Shown here: positions 51,137-60,941 of the stretch, piece by piece | How the letters are laid out: each line of letters opens with the position of its first letter | Numbering within the stretch: position 1 is the first letter of the stretch | DNA from: an uncultured delta proteobacterium | Lineage (GTDB): Bacteria; Desulfobacterota; Binatia; UBA9968 | Assembly (NCBI GenBank): GCA_963760795.1 | Contig: CAVXEP010000028.1 | Location: 43,650-107,649 of the forward strand | Length of the DNA stretch: 64,000 nt | Direction: 5' to 3' | Notes under the pieces: generated by a model | What the model saw: only the letters and a program-made list of their open reading frames with translations | The model's database searches: none | Told to the model about the DNA's origin: nothing | Translations under genes and position numbers: made by a program

Positions 51137-52102
51137 TTACCCCTGCCAGTGATAGACCAAAGCTGAATAATCGATGGCGTAACTACCACCTTGCTTCACG
51201 CCACGGGGAAACTGCGTGGCTTGCGGGATGTCTTTGCCGCAATAAATCTCAAATAGATTGCCCGACGGGTCGCGAAAGTACATCAACCCCTTCTTACCGT
51301 CGCGCGTCCAGGGTCCCGGCGTCACCACGCCATTGTGCTTGAGCCACTCGATCATCGGCAAAAAGTTCTCACCGTCTGCGTAGAACGCGTAGTGCGGAAA
51401 TTCGGCGTCGCGCCCGGTGCAAACGCCGCTGCGCGTCGACAGGCCGACAATCGCGCCGGCGACGCGCACTTCGGTAAAGGTCGCCGGATCACTGGTCGCC
51501 ATGGGCTCACCGCCCAGGACTTCGATGCAGAACCGTTTCGCCTGTGCGATATCGTTGACCGGCACACTCAAATGGGCGAAGCTCGCCAGACGCGGGCGGG
51601 GCAAATGGGAATCCGCCAGCTTGCCGCTCCAGCGATAGTTGAGCTCGCCCAGCGGCAGCGGCACGCCGCCTTGACGCGGCCCCAAGGCCAAATTTTTAAT
51701 ATCTCCGTAGCCGCTGTCGCAGTAGAGCTCGATTAGATTTCCCGACGGATCGCGCAAATAGCGCAGCGCGGTTTTGTAATCGCGCGTCCAGCCGTGGGTC
51801 GGCACGCCGCAGCCGTCGAGCCAGGGCTTGGCCAATGCGAAATTTGCCGCATCGACGTTAAAGCCATAGTGTGGGTATTCCGCCTCCCACCCGGTCCAAC
51901 CCTCCGGCTGTTCCGACAGCCCGACAATCATGCCGCCGAGCATCACTTCGGCGAAGCCCGGTGTGTCATGATAAGGTTCGCCGCCCAAGACTTCGATATA
52001 AAAATGCTTCGACTCCTCCAGCTGGCGGCAAGGCAGGCTCACGTGATGCAGATATGCCAACTGCGGTCTGGCAAGGATGGCATCGGTAGCGTGGTTTTCC
52101 AT
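51137..52102 (-). CDS. tandem two-domain VOC/glyoxalase family protein
   Basis: Duplicated H.S.P....FY.EVLGGEP / AE.PHY.F / Y.RDPSGNL.E.YC. Confidence 0.9.
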   Translation of the reverse strand: MENHATDAILARPQLAYLHHVSLPCRQLEESKHFYIEVLGGEPYHDTPGFAEVMLGGMIVGLSEQPEGWTGWEAEYPHYGFNVDAANFALAKPWLDGCGVPTHGWTRDYKTALRYLRDPSGNLIELYCDSGYGDIKNLALGPRQGGVPLPLGELNYRWSGKLADSHLPRPRLASFAHLSVPVNDIAQAKRFCIEVLGGEPMATSDPATFTEVRVAGAIVGLSTRSGVCTGRDAEFPHYAFYADGENFLPMIEWLKHNGVVTPGPWTRDGKKGLMYFRDPSGNLFEIYCGKDIPQATQFPRGVKQGGSYAIDYSALVYHWQG

Positions 52103-52207
52103 GGCTGCTCTCCTACGGATTTCTGGCCGGATTATTACACCATAGTTACCGCGCCAACAAGGTGTTGCGTCTTAACCGCTAAGCCGGTTATCGCCTAGCT
52201 TTGCGCC

Positions 52208-52400
52208 ATGACAGCGCGAATATTGTCGATTGGTTTACTATCGCTGATTTGCCTCTTGGTCTTCCCGTACCAAGCCGCGGAACGAGTCCGCGTCCACGCG
52301 CCAGCGCGGACCTGTGTCCAGCTGCCGTTTGGATCGGCGTCGTCAAGAAACTATGCCAAGCCCATGGTCTCAACATCGAACCCATCGTAATGGCGAGCCA
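52208..52400 (+). pseudogene. degraded NMT1-type solute-binding protein fragment
   Basis: Signal peptide plus AAERVRVHAPART..QLPF, shifted WIGVVKKLCQAHGLNIEPIVM; parallels the start of 48665-49669, then similarity is lost. Confidence 0.5.
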
Positions 52401-52606
52401 GAAGCCGCCCTCTCACCGCAACGCAGCTTTCGGTGCTGACGCGGATTCTACGATCTGGTGTCACACAACTGTCAATTCATCATCGCCCCGCACTCGCCGA
52501 GTCTGATGGCTGTTGGATAGCATCCTGGAGCGGCGCAGGCACCAACCTGGCAAGCCCAGCCCAGTGCCGATCAACAAGCAGCCTAACGAGTAATTGGCGA
52601 CAGAGG

Positions 52607-52635
52607 GTAAACCTTTTCCCTTTGGCGTCGTCTAA
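52607..52635 (+). promoter_or_regulatory. ECF sigma-type promoter
   Basis: GTAAAC-16 nt-CGTCTAA upstream of the Spy/CpxP-like gene. Confidence 0.5.
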
Positions 52636-52668
52636 ACCATCAAAATCTCACACCCTTAAGGAGGGTAC

Positions 52669-53181
52669 ATGAACAAAATCAAGGTTTTAATATTAGGGAG
52701 CGCGGCGCTGGCCACAGTCGCAATCGTTTCCGCTCCCATGGCGGCCGGGCCCGATGGCGCCGGTCCCAGTGGCAGGCGCTTTGACCGTGGCGCCCATATG
52801 GCCGGCGGATTTGCTGGCGGCGCGCCGTTAATCAGCATCGCGCTCAAGCATAAGAGCGAGCTAAGCCTGAGCAACGATCAGGTCGCCAAAATGGAGCAGA
52901 TCAAGAGCGAGTTCCAGACTCAGGTAACCCCGCTGCACCAACAGATGCGCACCATCGAAAAAGAAATCGCCGGGTTGAGGGAGCAATCGCCGGCTGATCT
53001 GGTTAAGATCAAGTCGAAGATCCAGGAAACGGAAAAATACCGTTCGGAACTGCGCTACTTGCAGTACGAAGCGTTGGATCATGGCCAGGCGGTGCTGTCC
53101 GTCCAGCAGCGCGACCAACTTAAAACGTTAATGGCGTCGCGCCAGGAGAATTTCCGCAAAATGCACAAACAACCGTCATAA
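52669..53181 (+). CDS. Spy/CpxP-family periplasmic protein
   Basis: Signal peptide; ELSLSNDQ and VLSVQQR (LTxxQ-like) motifs; AAGGAGG RBS. Confidence 0.8.
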   Translation: MNKIKVLILGSAALATVAIVSAPMAAGPDGAGPSGRRFDRGAHMAGGFAGGAPLISIALKHKSELSLSNDQVAKMEQIKSEFQTQVTPLHQQMRTIEKEIAGLREQSPADLVKIKSKIQETEKYRSELRYLQYEALDHGQAVLSVQQRDQLKTLMASRQENFRKMHKQPS

Positions 53182-53206
53182 ACGCCGGGCAAACATTGAT
53201 TTTACG

Positions 53207-53244
53207 GACGGCCAAGCTCCCCCTGTGAGCTTGGCCGTCTTTTA
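53207..53244 (+). terminator. intrinsic terminator
   Basis: GACGGCCAAGCTC-loop-GAGCTTGGCCGTC-TTTTT. Confidence 0.85.
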
Positions 53245-53329
53245 TTATACGCGCCAGACGTGCCGGCAACATCGAGCTGATGCATTGTCGCCGAAAGTTA
53301 AGTAAAATCATCGTGCAGTCTTAATAGAC

Positions 53330-53984
53330 ATGATCACCACGGTTATTTTCGACCTCGATGGCCTACTGGCCGACACCGAACAGCTCCATTGCCGGGCCTA
53401 TCGGTCGGCGCTACTAGAACACGACGTCCAACTCGCGGAAGCGGACTACGGCGAGCATTGGGTACGCCGCGGTAAAGGTATCGACGACTGGCTGGTGCGC
53501 CAGGCTCTCAATCTCGATCCAGTGGCGACTGCGAGCGCGCAAGGCGGAACATTATCAGATTTTGCTCGATCCTCGCTGCGACCGATGGCGGGAGCGACCG
53601 CTCTCCTGGCACGATTACAGGGAAACCTGCGCATCGGCCTCGCCTCGTCGTCCTACCGCGACGCCGTCGACGGGGTTCATTCATGGCCTGGGCATGGCCG
53701 ACTATTTTGAAACCATCGTCAGCGGCTCAGGATGTCGCCCGAGTGAAACCTGCGCCGGACATTTTTCTCAAAGCCGCCAATCGCCTTGGCGTAGTTCCAG
53801 CCGAATGCGTCGTGCTCGAAGACGCCGAGAAAGGCGTGCTGGCGGCTCAAGCCGCCGGCATGCCCTGTATTGCCGTCCCCAACGGCTACACCCGAGATCA
53901 TGATTTTTCCCAAGCGACCCTATATTGCGCTCGCTAAACGAAGTTACGATCGAATTGTTACGTAACCTCGTTAAGAACACCTAA
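53330..53984 (+). CDS. HAD-family phosphatase (several frameshifts)
   Basis: IFDLDGLLADTE, LASSS, KPAPDIFL, VLEDAEKG spread over different frames. Confidence 0.82.
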
Positions 53985-54011
53985 CTCAGGGAATCAGACC
54001 GCTACCGCACC

Positions 54012-54719
54012 ATGGCCACATTCCTGCACCGATACTTTTCCCTCGTGCTGGTGTTGTCGCTGGTCGTACCTCTTTGGCTGAGCGTCTTTACACGCTCAGG
54101 GCCGCAACGCGCAACTGCCCTTCACACTTCCCTGGTCTGGAGCGGCTATACTACTTGTCGGTTGGTCGGTTCTCCGCTTCATCCGCCGTTACCATGTACG
54201 AGGTGTCTGGCGCAGTCCAACTCGGGCAGGAATCGTCATTTTACGTTCGACTGTTGTTGGCCGTGCTGCTTTTCGATTTCGGCTCCAAAGCATTGTTTTT
54301 TCGCTGGGATCGGCCGGAACAAGTCGAGATTTTCCCGAATTTTGGATTTCACTCAGTGTTTCATGCAACCGAGTTTGAAACCTTTCATGTTTATCTGTTG
54401 CTCTATTTCGCCTATTGGTTTCTGCTCGGACCATTGTTTTTCCGCTTCACCAATCCCGCTCTGGACCGGCTCTGGCTTGGTTCGGCGCCCTTTCGCTCTG
54501 GCCGGTGCCCTGGCACTGAGCTTCGAGCGCCTGATCTTCGGCGGCGTGCACAATTCGTTTTATTTCGCCGGGCCGCTCATGTGGCTTTGCCCACCCTGCG
54601 CTTCGCCGGCGTTCTCGAGCTACGCCTGGACTCCAGCGGATTTTTTTGTTCACGCCGCCATCTTGCCGATTATCGTCCTGCTGATGTCCTATTATCCGAC
54701 TACCAGTCGGAAAATTTAA
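54012..54719 (+). CDS. membrane protein, divergent signal peptidase II-like (about three frameshifts)
   Basis: Reconstructed across frames: DFGSK, VEIFPNF, AGALALSFERLIFGGVHNSF, WTPAD appear in LspA motif order. Confidence 0.55.
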   Translation: MATFLHRYFSLVLVLSLVVPLWLSVFTRSGPQRATALHTSLVWSGYTTCRLVGSPLHPPLPCTRCLAQSNSGRNRHFTFDCCWPCCFSISAPKHCFFAGIGRNKSRFSRILDFTQCFMQPSLKPFMFICCSISPIGFCSDHCFSASPIPLWTGSGLVRRPFALAGALALSFERLIFGGVHNSFYFAGPLMWLCPPCASPAFSSYAWTPADFFVHAAILPIIVLLMSYYPTTSRKI

Positions 54720-54838
54720 CCCTTGATGGTATATGCACCTGCCCTCGATCACTGCGCCACAGAGTTCACTTGCAGTCACCACCGGCCTATCGTAGTTTGA
54801 TGCTCTAAGAATAATAGACAAGGAGTTGGAGAATTATT

Positions 54839-55837
54839 ATGGCCTCAGCCGAGTTGATCGTTGACGTGCACCACCATTACATGCCGGCCATGCTGTTCGA
54901 CCGTCTCGCTAAACAGGCCGGCGGCAAACGCATCGTCACCAACGAAATCAGTTTAACTTTGCACCCCTCGCGCAAGGACCTTGAAGCCCATATCAAAGCG
55001 ATGGACGACGCTCGAGTGACCTACTCCATTCTCACCGATCAGGTGCAGGTTATGGGCGCAGAAGTCGCCCGAGCGCTCAACGACGGCGTCGCCGAGGTCG
55101 AAAAACAACACCCCAAGCGTTTTCGCAGCGCTATCCATATGGCGATTCATGACCCCGAGAGCGCCCAGCGCGAGCTCCAACGCGGCATTCATGAATTGGG
55201 CCTGCGCTCGGTCGCCTTGCTCGCCTGCCACCTCGATATCCAGCTTGACAACCCGTTGATGTTTCCGCTCTACGAGATCATTCAGAAGAACAATTTGCCA
55301 ATCATCCTCCATCCGCAATCCAAACCGACCGGCTCGGAAACGACTTACAGTTTGGACCGTTGCGTGTTTCGCCCGCTCGAGACCACCCAAGCGATCGTGC
55401 GCATCATGAATGCCGTCCTGCCGCGCTTTCCCGAGCTCCGCTTCATCATCCCCCACCTTGGCGGCGCGGCGTCCTCGCTCAAGGGGCGCATGATGGCGTT
55501 TTTCGAAACCGATGACGCGCCGATTCCAGCCGAAATGCGCGGCTATTTGAAAACCCAAAATGAACAGAAAGAGTTCGGCGTCACCGAACGGTTTGAAAAG
55601 CTCTTTCAACGGCTGTATTTCGACACCGCTGGAACCGGTGCCTGGGGACCGTCCATGGCCGCGGCATTGAACATAACGACCGCCGACCGAATCATGTTCG
55701 GCAGCGACTATCCGCTCGAATGCAAGACTGCGGCGAACATCATCGAGTCGATCGATATGGTGCGCCAGGCCCCCTGTTCAAACGCGGGCAAGACCGCGAT
55801 CCTCGGCAATACCGCAGCCGGCGTTTTCAACTTATGA
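54839..55837 (+). CDS. amidohydrolase 2 family protein
   Basis: VDVHHH, PIILHP, PHLGG, LYFDTA, MFGSDYP. Confidence 0.9.
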   Translation: MASAELIVDVHHHYMPAMLFDRLAKQAGGKRIVTNEISLTLHPSRKDLEAHIKAMDDARVTYSILTDQVQVMGAEVARALNDGVAEVEKQHPKRFRSAIHMAIHDPESAQRELQRGIHELGLRSVALLACHLDIQLDNPLMFPLYEIIQKNNLPIILHPQSKPTGSETTYSLDRCVFRPLETTQAIVRIMNAVLPRFPELRFIIPHLGGAASSLKGRMMAFFETDDAPIPAEMRGYLKTQNEQKEFGVTERFEKLFQRLYFDTAGTGAWGPSMAAALNITTADRIMFGSDYPLECKTAANIIESIDMVRQAPCSNAGKTAILGNTAAGVFNL

Positions 55838-56397
55838 AGATTATTTTCATCGGCCTGTTCGTCGCATCGCTGGCGGCGACCGCGCCGCTGGAGAACCCGC
55901 CGCGTCGCAGTGAACGGCCGCCGTCAGGCCAGCTCGACCGCAAAACCATAGTCAACGTTCCAGTTGTTCTCTGCATTGACGACAAACCCACCGTCGGTGG
56001 TCAACCTTCGGGCGAAGCCTACGCCAAAGCCGCGGCAAATGGGTTTCGCTCAGTTTTAACCCTACGGTCGGCGAAAGACGGTGTCGATACCTTGCGCGAG
56101 CGTTTCTTGGTCGAAAACAACCGGATGCGCTATGTCAATATTCCTAGCGCCAGCGCAATTCCGACTGCTAAGCAGCTCGACGAATTTCTCCAGGCCACCA
56201 GAGACCCAACCAACCATCCCATGTTGATCAACTGCGCCTTCGCCGAACGGGTCGCCCCCTACATGATGATTTTCCGTATCCAGGAAGAAGGCTGGACTGA
56301 AGAGAAGGCGTTGGAAGAAGCGATTCGATTGGGGCTACCACGAGACGAAATGCGAAAGTTTGCCCGCAGCTATTTAAGTCCTCGGTCAACCAAATAA
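55834..56397 (+). CDS. exported DUF442/PTP-like (sulfurtransferase/phosphatase-fold) protein
   Basis: Signal peptide; GGQP, GFRSVLTLR, YVNIP, PMLINCAFAERV (Cx4R). Confidence 0.7.
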   Translation: MKIIFIGLFVASLAATAPLENPPRRSERPPSGQLDRKTIVNVPVVLCIDDKPTVGGQPSGEAYAKAAANGFRSVLTLRSAKDGVDTLRERFLVENNRMRYVNIPSASAIPTAKQLDEFLQATRDPTNHPMLINCAFAERVAPYMMIFRIQEEGWTEEKALEEAIRLGLPRDEMRKFARSYLSPRSTK

Positions 56398-56951
56398 TCG
56401 GCAGCATAGATCGCAGCTACGCAAGTCTCGATCAGCGCTTTAGGATACGAGTCGAAGAACAGCTTTGCCCGAGTCGGTTTCTGGCATACCTCGACAATTT
56501 TCTCTATGTGATCTGCCACCCCGCCGCTGCCGGCTAATACGCCGATCACCTTGCCCTCATCGTAAGCGATCGTGAATTCGTTCAACGTTCCGGTGGCGCC
56601 GCCAAATATGATCACGATGTCCGATGAACGGATGTTGATCACGTTGCGCCCCTTGTAACCGAAGCCGGTGTAGACGATAACATCCGCGCCATCTTCAGGT
56701 AAACCATAGCGCTGCACATGCTCGGCGCGATTCTCAGCCGGGGAAATCCCCAAGGCAAAGCCACCCTGCTTGCGAAACGCGGTCGCGACCAACGCTGGCA
56801 ACCCTGTGGTCGCGCCGGTGACTAGGAAACAGCCGGCTTGGGCGATTGCTGCCCCCAAGCTTTCAGCAAGTTGTTGCAGTCGCCCCGACTCTGCAAGACT
56901 GAGCCCGTCATTGGCGGACGCGCCCATGACACCGACAACAGGTTTACGCAT
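56370..56951 (-). CDS. LOG/SLOG family nucleotide-binding protein
   Basis: VGVMG, TGATTGLP, GISP, RN, GGATGTLNEF. Confidence 0.85.
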   Translation of the reverse strand: MRKPVVGVMGASANDGLSLAESGRLQQLAESLGAAIAQAGCFLVTGATTGLPALVATAFRKQGGFALGISPAENRAEHVQRYGLPEDGADVIVYTGFGYKGRNVINIRSSDIVIIFGGATGTLNEFTIAYDEGKVIGVLAGSGGVADHIEKIVEVCQKPTRAKLFFDSYPKALIETCVAAIYAADYLVDRGLK

Positions 56952-57071
56952 AGTCAGTCTCCGGAACGAGAGTTGGAAGTAAATCGACGGTTTTTCTTCA
57001 CGCAGCAGATCGATAACGCCAGCGGACAAATTGCGAAGTCTTCGATCAGCTGCTGGTGAAACGAGCGCCGG

Positions 57072-58277
57072 TCAAATGACTTTATCGCGCTGCAATCCTT
57101 CAATCGCCGCGGCATCGTAGCCAAGCTCAGACAAGATCGCCGCATTGTTCTCGCCTAGACCCGGAATGCGCTCGTAGCGCGCTTCGCTGGCCGACATCTT
57201 GAGCGCGTTGGCGATCACCGGAACCTTACCCACCGGCGACTCGGCTTCACGGATCAGTTTGCGCGCGGCAACCTGGGGATGGGCGAGCACCTGGGCAATG
57301 CCGCGAACGATGCCATGGGGTAGGTCGGCCTTCTTGAGCTGTGCGAGCCAGTGCTTGTGGTCGCGTGAAGCGAAAATAATCTCGATGATTTCTTCCAGCG
57401 AGTTGCGGTTTTTACGCCGGTCTTGGACCGAGGCGAAACGCCCATCGGTAAGGAGTTCCGGTCGTTCAATCACCACCCTACAGAAAACATCCCAATCCGC
57501 TGGACTCGCCACCGCGAGATTTACGTACTCGCCGTCACCCGCCAGATACGGGCCGTAGGGACAAACATAGTGATGGCGCATGCCGACCCGCCCCGGCTCT
57601 TCGCCGGCGTGCCAGTAGTGATGCGGAAAGTAGCCAAGCCACGAGACGATCGAATCCAGCATCGAGACGTCGACAAGCTGCCCTTCGCCAGTCTTTTCCC
57701 GCTGGTAGAGCGCAAGCAGGATACCGATCGCCGCGTACATTCCGGACGCGATGTCGGCAATCGCGATGCCCGCTTTCGCCGGCTTGTCCGGGTAACCGGT
57801 GGTGGCAATAATGCCGCCTTCACCTTGGATCAGGAGGTCGTAAGCCTTCACATCGCGATAAGGACCATCTTGGCCGTAACCGGACAGCGAACAATAGATC
57901 AGCCGCGGATTCAGTTCCGAGAGCTCTTCGTAACCCAGCCCAAGTCGGCCGGCGACACCCGGCGCATAATTCTCGAAGAAAATATCCGAGCGCTTGGCCA
58001 ATTCTTGTAGAATCTCGCGCCCCTTTTCTTGCTTAACATCGACCGTCAAGCTGCGCTTGTTGCGGTTCAACCAAACGTAACCCGACGACAATCCTTTCAC
58101 CACAGAATCCCAGGAGCGAATCACATCGCCGACACCAGGGCGCTCGACTTTGATCACTTCCGCGCCCATGTCAGCGAGCAAGCAGGTCGCAAACGGGCCA
58201 GAGAGCACCTGCTCGAAAGCCACAATTTTGACGCCATCCAGCGCCCGCGAGGGTTTCGAATTACTTGCCACACTCAC
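57072..58277 (-). CDS. CoA-transferase family III (CaiB/BaiF)
   Basis: LADMGAEVIKVERP, NRNKRS, SGYGQDGPY, AYDL. Confidence 0.93.
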   Translation of the reverse strand: MSVASNSKPSRALDGVKIVAFEQVLSGPFATCLLADMGAEVIKVERPGVGDVIRSWDSVVKGLSSGYVWLNRNKRSLTVDVKQEKGREILQELAKRSDIFFENYAPGVAGRLGLGYEELSELNPRLIYCSLSGYGQDGPYRDVKAYDLLIQGEGGIIATTGYPDKPAKAGIAIADIASGMYAAIGILLALYQREKTGEGQLVDVSMLDSIVSWLGYFPHHYWHAGEEPGRVGMRHHYVCPYGPYLAGDGEYVNLAVASPADWDVFCRVVIERPELLTDGRFASVQDRRKNRNSLEEIIEIIFASRDHKHWLAQLKKADLPHGIVRGIAQVLAHPQVAARKLIREAESPVGKVPVIANALKMSASEARYERIPGLGENNAAILSELGYDAAAIEGLQRDKVI

Positions 58278-58317
58278 CTCTTCCCTTGTCTTAGCGACTT
58301 GATCGTCTTGATCCCAA

Positions 58318-58827
58318 TTATTTCTTTTCTTCTTTTATCTGCGGAAACAAATCGTTCTTCGGCGCGAACGCTTTCTTCCACACCATCACGCTGCGAGCGT
58401 AGTCGATCACGACTTTGCCCTCTTGTTGAACGCCACGGGTGCGCACTTTGAGTATCCCCCATTGCGGTTTCGACTTGGACTCGCGAAGCTCGAGCACTTC
58501 GGATTCGGAATAAAGCGTATCGCCGGCGAACAAGGGATTGGGCAACGTAATGCCGTCCCACCCTAGGGCAAAACCATTTTCACTGACATCCGCCACGCCC
58601 ATGCCGGCAACGATGGCGAGGGTCAATGCGCTGTTGATCAGACATTTGCCGAACTCGGTGCGTTTCCCGTACTCGTTGTTGAAGTGAATCTGATTGGTAT
58701 TGTTGGTCAGCAAGGTAAACCAGATATTATCGGCTTCCGTGACGGTACGACCGAGACGGCAGCGATAAATATCGCCGACCTCGAAGTCTTCAAAATAGCG
58801 GCCTTGCCAGCCTGGCTTAACGGCCAT
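58318..58827 (-). CDS. MaoC-family (R)-specific hydratase, RipB-like
   Basis: GRYFEDFEVGD, GRTVTEADNIWFTLLT.NT.QIHF, PLFAGDTLYSES. Confidence 0.9.
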   Translation of the reverse strand: MAVKPGWQGRYFEDFEVGDIYRCRLGRTVTEADNIWFTLLTNNTNQIHFNNEYGKRTEFGKCLINSALTLAIVAGMGVADVSENGFALGWDGITLPNPLFAGDTLYSESEVLELRESKSKPQWGILKVRTRGVQQEGKVVIDYARSVMVWKKAFAPKNDLFPQIKEEKK

Positions 58828-58891
58828 AACACTCCTCCTCTTTAGGCGCTAAAAACATTAGGTTATAGTCTACGAACTATAGGAGGCATCG

Positions 58892-60052
58892 ATGGATTTC
58901 AACCTGACAATCGAGCAGCAGCAGATCCGTGAAGAGATCAAAAAAGTCTGCAAGGAATTCCCCGATGCCTACTGGCGCAAGGTCGACAGCGAAAAGGCCT
59001 ACCCGGATGCCTTCGTGAAGAAACTCGGCGATCTCGGCTGGCTGGCTGCGCTCATTCCGGAAGAATTTGGCGGCACTGGCCTCGGCATCACCGAAGCAAG
59101 CATCATCTTGGAGGAGATCAACCATTCCGGCGGCGTCGCCACCGCCTGCCACGCGCAGATGTACACCATGGGCACGCTCTTGCGCCACGGCAACGCCGAG
59201 CAGAAAAAACGCTACCTGCCCAAAATCGCCACCGGCGAGCTGCGGTTGCAAGCCTTCGGCGTCACCGAACCCAACGCCGGCTCGGAATCGACCAAGATTC
59301 AAACCAGCGCCGTTAAGAACGGCGACCGCTATCTCATCAACGGGCAAAAAATATTTATCTCGCGGGTCTTACAGTCCGATCTCATGCTCCTACTCGCTCG
59401 CACCACGCCGTATGACGATTTGAAAGACAAAACTCGTGGTCTTTCGGTATTCATCGTCGACTTGAAAGCCAATCAAGGAAAGCTTGAAGTTAAGCCGCTA
59501 GACCTAATGATCAATCATCACACCAACGCGCTATTTTTCGATAATGTCGAAGTGCCGGTTGAAAATCTCATCGGCGACGAAGGCATGGGCTTTCGCTACA
59601 TCATCGATGGCTGGAACGCCGAAAGAATTCTCGTCGCCGCCGAAGCGGTCGGCGACGGCCGTTGGTTTGTCGAGCGTGCCGCCAAGTACGCCAGCGAACG
59701 CAATGTGTTTGGCAAGCCCATCGGCGCCAATCAAGGTATTCAGTTTCCGATTGCCAAGGCTTATGCGAACATCGAAGCCGCCGATTTAGTCCGCTATCAG
59801 GCGGCAACCAAATTTGACCGCAAAGAGAAATGCGGTGCTGAAGCCAATTTAGCCAAGTACCTCGCCAGCGAAGCCGCCTGGGAAGCCGCCAATGCCTGCC
59901 TGACCACCCACGGCGGTTACGGCTTCGCGACGGAATACGACATCGAAAGAAAGTTTCGCGAGACCCGTTTACTGACGGTGGCGCCGGTAAGCAACAATTT
60001 GGTTTTGGCCTATTTAGGACAACATGTCCTTGGTATGCCAAAGTCTTATTAA
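58892..60052 (+). CDS. acyl-CoA dehydrogenase
   Basis: IPEEFGG, FGVTEPNAGS, INGQKIFIS, HGGYGF..EYDIERKFRE. Confidence 0.94.
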   Translation: MDFNLTIEQQQIREEIKKVCKEFPDAYWRKVDSEKAYPDAFVKKLGDLGWLAALIPEEFGGTGLGITEASIILEEINHSGGVATACHAQMYTMGTLLRHGNAEQKKRYLPKIATGELRLQAFGVTEPNAGSESTKIQTSAVKNGDRYLINGQKIFISRVLQSDLMLLLARTTPYDDLKDKTRGLSVFIVDLKANQGKLEVKPLDLMINHHTNALFFDNVEVPVENLIGDEGMGFRYIIDGWNAERILVAAEAVGDGRWFVERAAKYASERNVFGKPIGANQGIQFPIAKAYANIEAADLVRYQAATKFDRKEKCGAEANLAKYLASEAAWEAANACLTTHGGYGFATEYDIERKFRETRLLTVAPVSNNLVLAYLGQHVLGMPKSY

Positions 60053-60081
60053 ATCAGCCAAGCGAATTCGCTGTCTCGCAC

Positions 60082-60888
60082 GTGCGGAATACATTGTTGT
60101 TCGATGCGCTTTGGCTGCTGCCTCTCGGCGTGTTTGTCGGCACCGTTGGTACACTCATCGGCGCGGGCGGCGGGTTTATCTTGGTACCCGTCCTTTTGTT
60201 GCTTTACCCTAATGAAGCGCCGGCGACCATTACCACTATTTCGCTGATCGTGGTTTTCTTCAATGCAGTTTCTGGATCGTTGGCTTACGCCCGGACAAAA
60301 AAAATCGACTACAAAACTGGCGTAATTTTTTCGCTTGCGGCGATCCCAGGCTCGATCTTTGGCGCCTTTGCCACTGCCGCCGTAAAGCGTCAACAATTCG
60401 ATCTTTTATTCGGCGTTATTTTGAGTCTTCTCTCAATGTTATTGCTGATGCGCCCGGCACGAAAGACCGGCGCTGGACAATCCCAAAGATCACTTGCGGA
60501 GAATCCTCCTTTAGCCCCTGCCAAACTCATCCTGGGAACCTTGACAAGCACCGGCTTAGGCTTTCTGTCGAGCTTTTTGGGAATTGGCGCCGGATTTATT
60601 TACGTTCCCGCATTTATCTACCTTCTCGATTTTCCCATCCTCACCGCCACCGCCACCTCACTTTTTATTCTTTCGTTGATGTCTTTAACTGGAGCCGCGA
60701 CACACATACTAGCGGGATTGCTCGATCACGGAATGAATCTGGCTTTAGTGCTCAGTCCAGGGGTGATTTGCGGCGCGCAGATTGGCGCTCGCTTGTCTCG
60801 TCGAATACATGCCGACTGGATTCTCCGTGGGCTCGGCTGGGCGCTGGGCTTGGTGGGAATGCGTTTCGTCATTGCTGCCTGGAGATAG
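60082..60888 (+). CDS. sulfite exporter TauE/SafE family protein
   Basis: GTLIGAGGGFILVP and SFLGIGAGFIYVP internal repeats; ATATSLF. Confidence 0.88.
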   Translation: MRNTLLFDALWLLPLGVFVGTVGTLIGAGGGFILVPVLLLLYPNEAPATITTISLIVVFFNAVSGSLAYARTKKIDYKTGVIFSLAAIPGSIFGAFATAAVKRQQFDLLFGVILSLLSMLLLMRPARKTGAGQSQRSLAENPPLAPAKLILGTLTSTGLGFLSSFLGIGAGFIYVPAFIYLLDFPILTATATSLFILSLMSLTGAATHILAGLLDHGMNLALVLSPGVICGAQIGARLSRRIHADWILRGLGWALGLVGMRFVIAAWR

Positions 60889-60941
60889 CCGAGTGGGGAT
60901 TCGTACCATCAACAAACTTCACGAATGGCTGCCAGGTAGAT

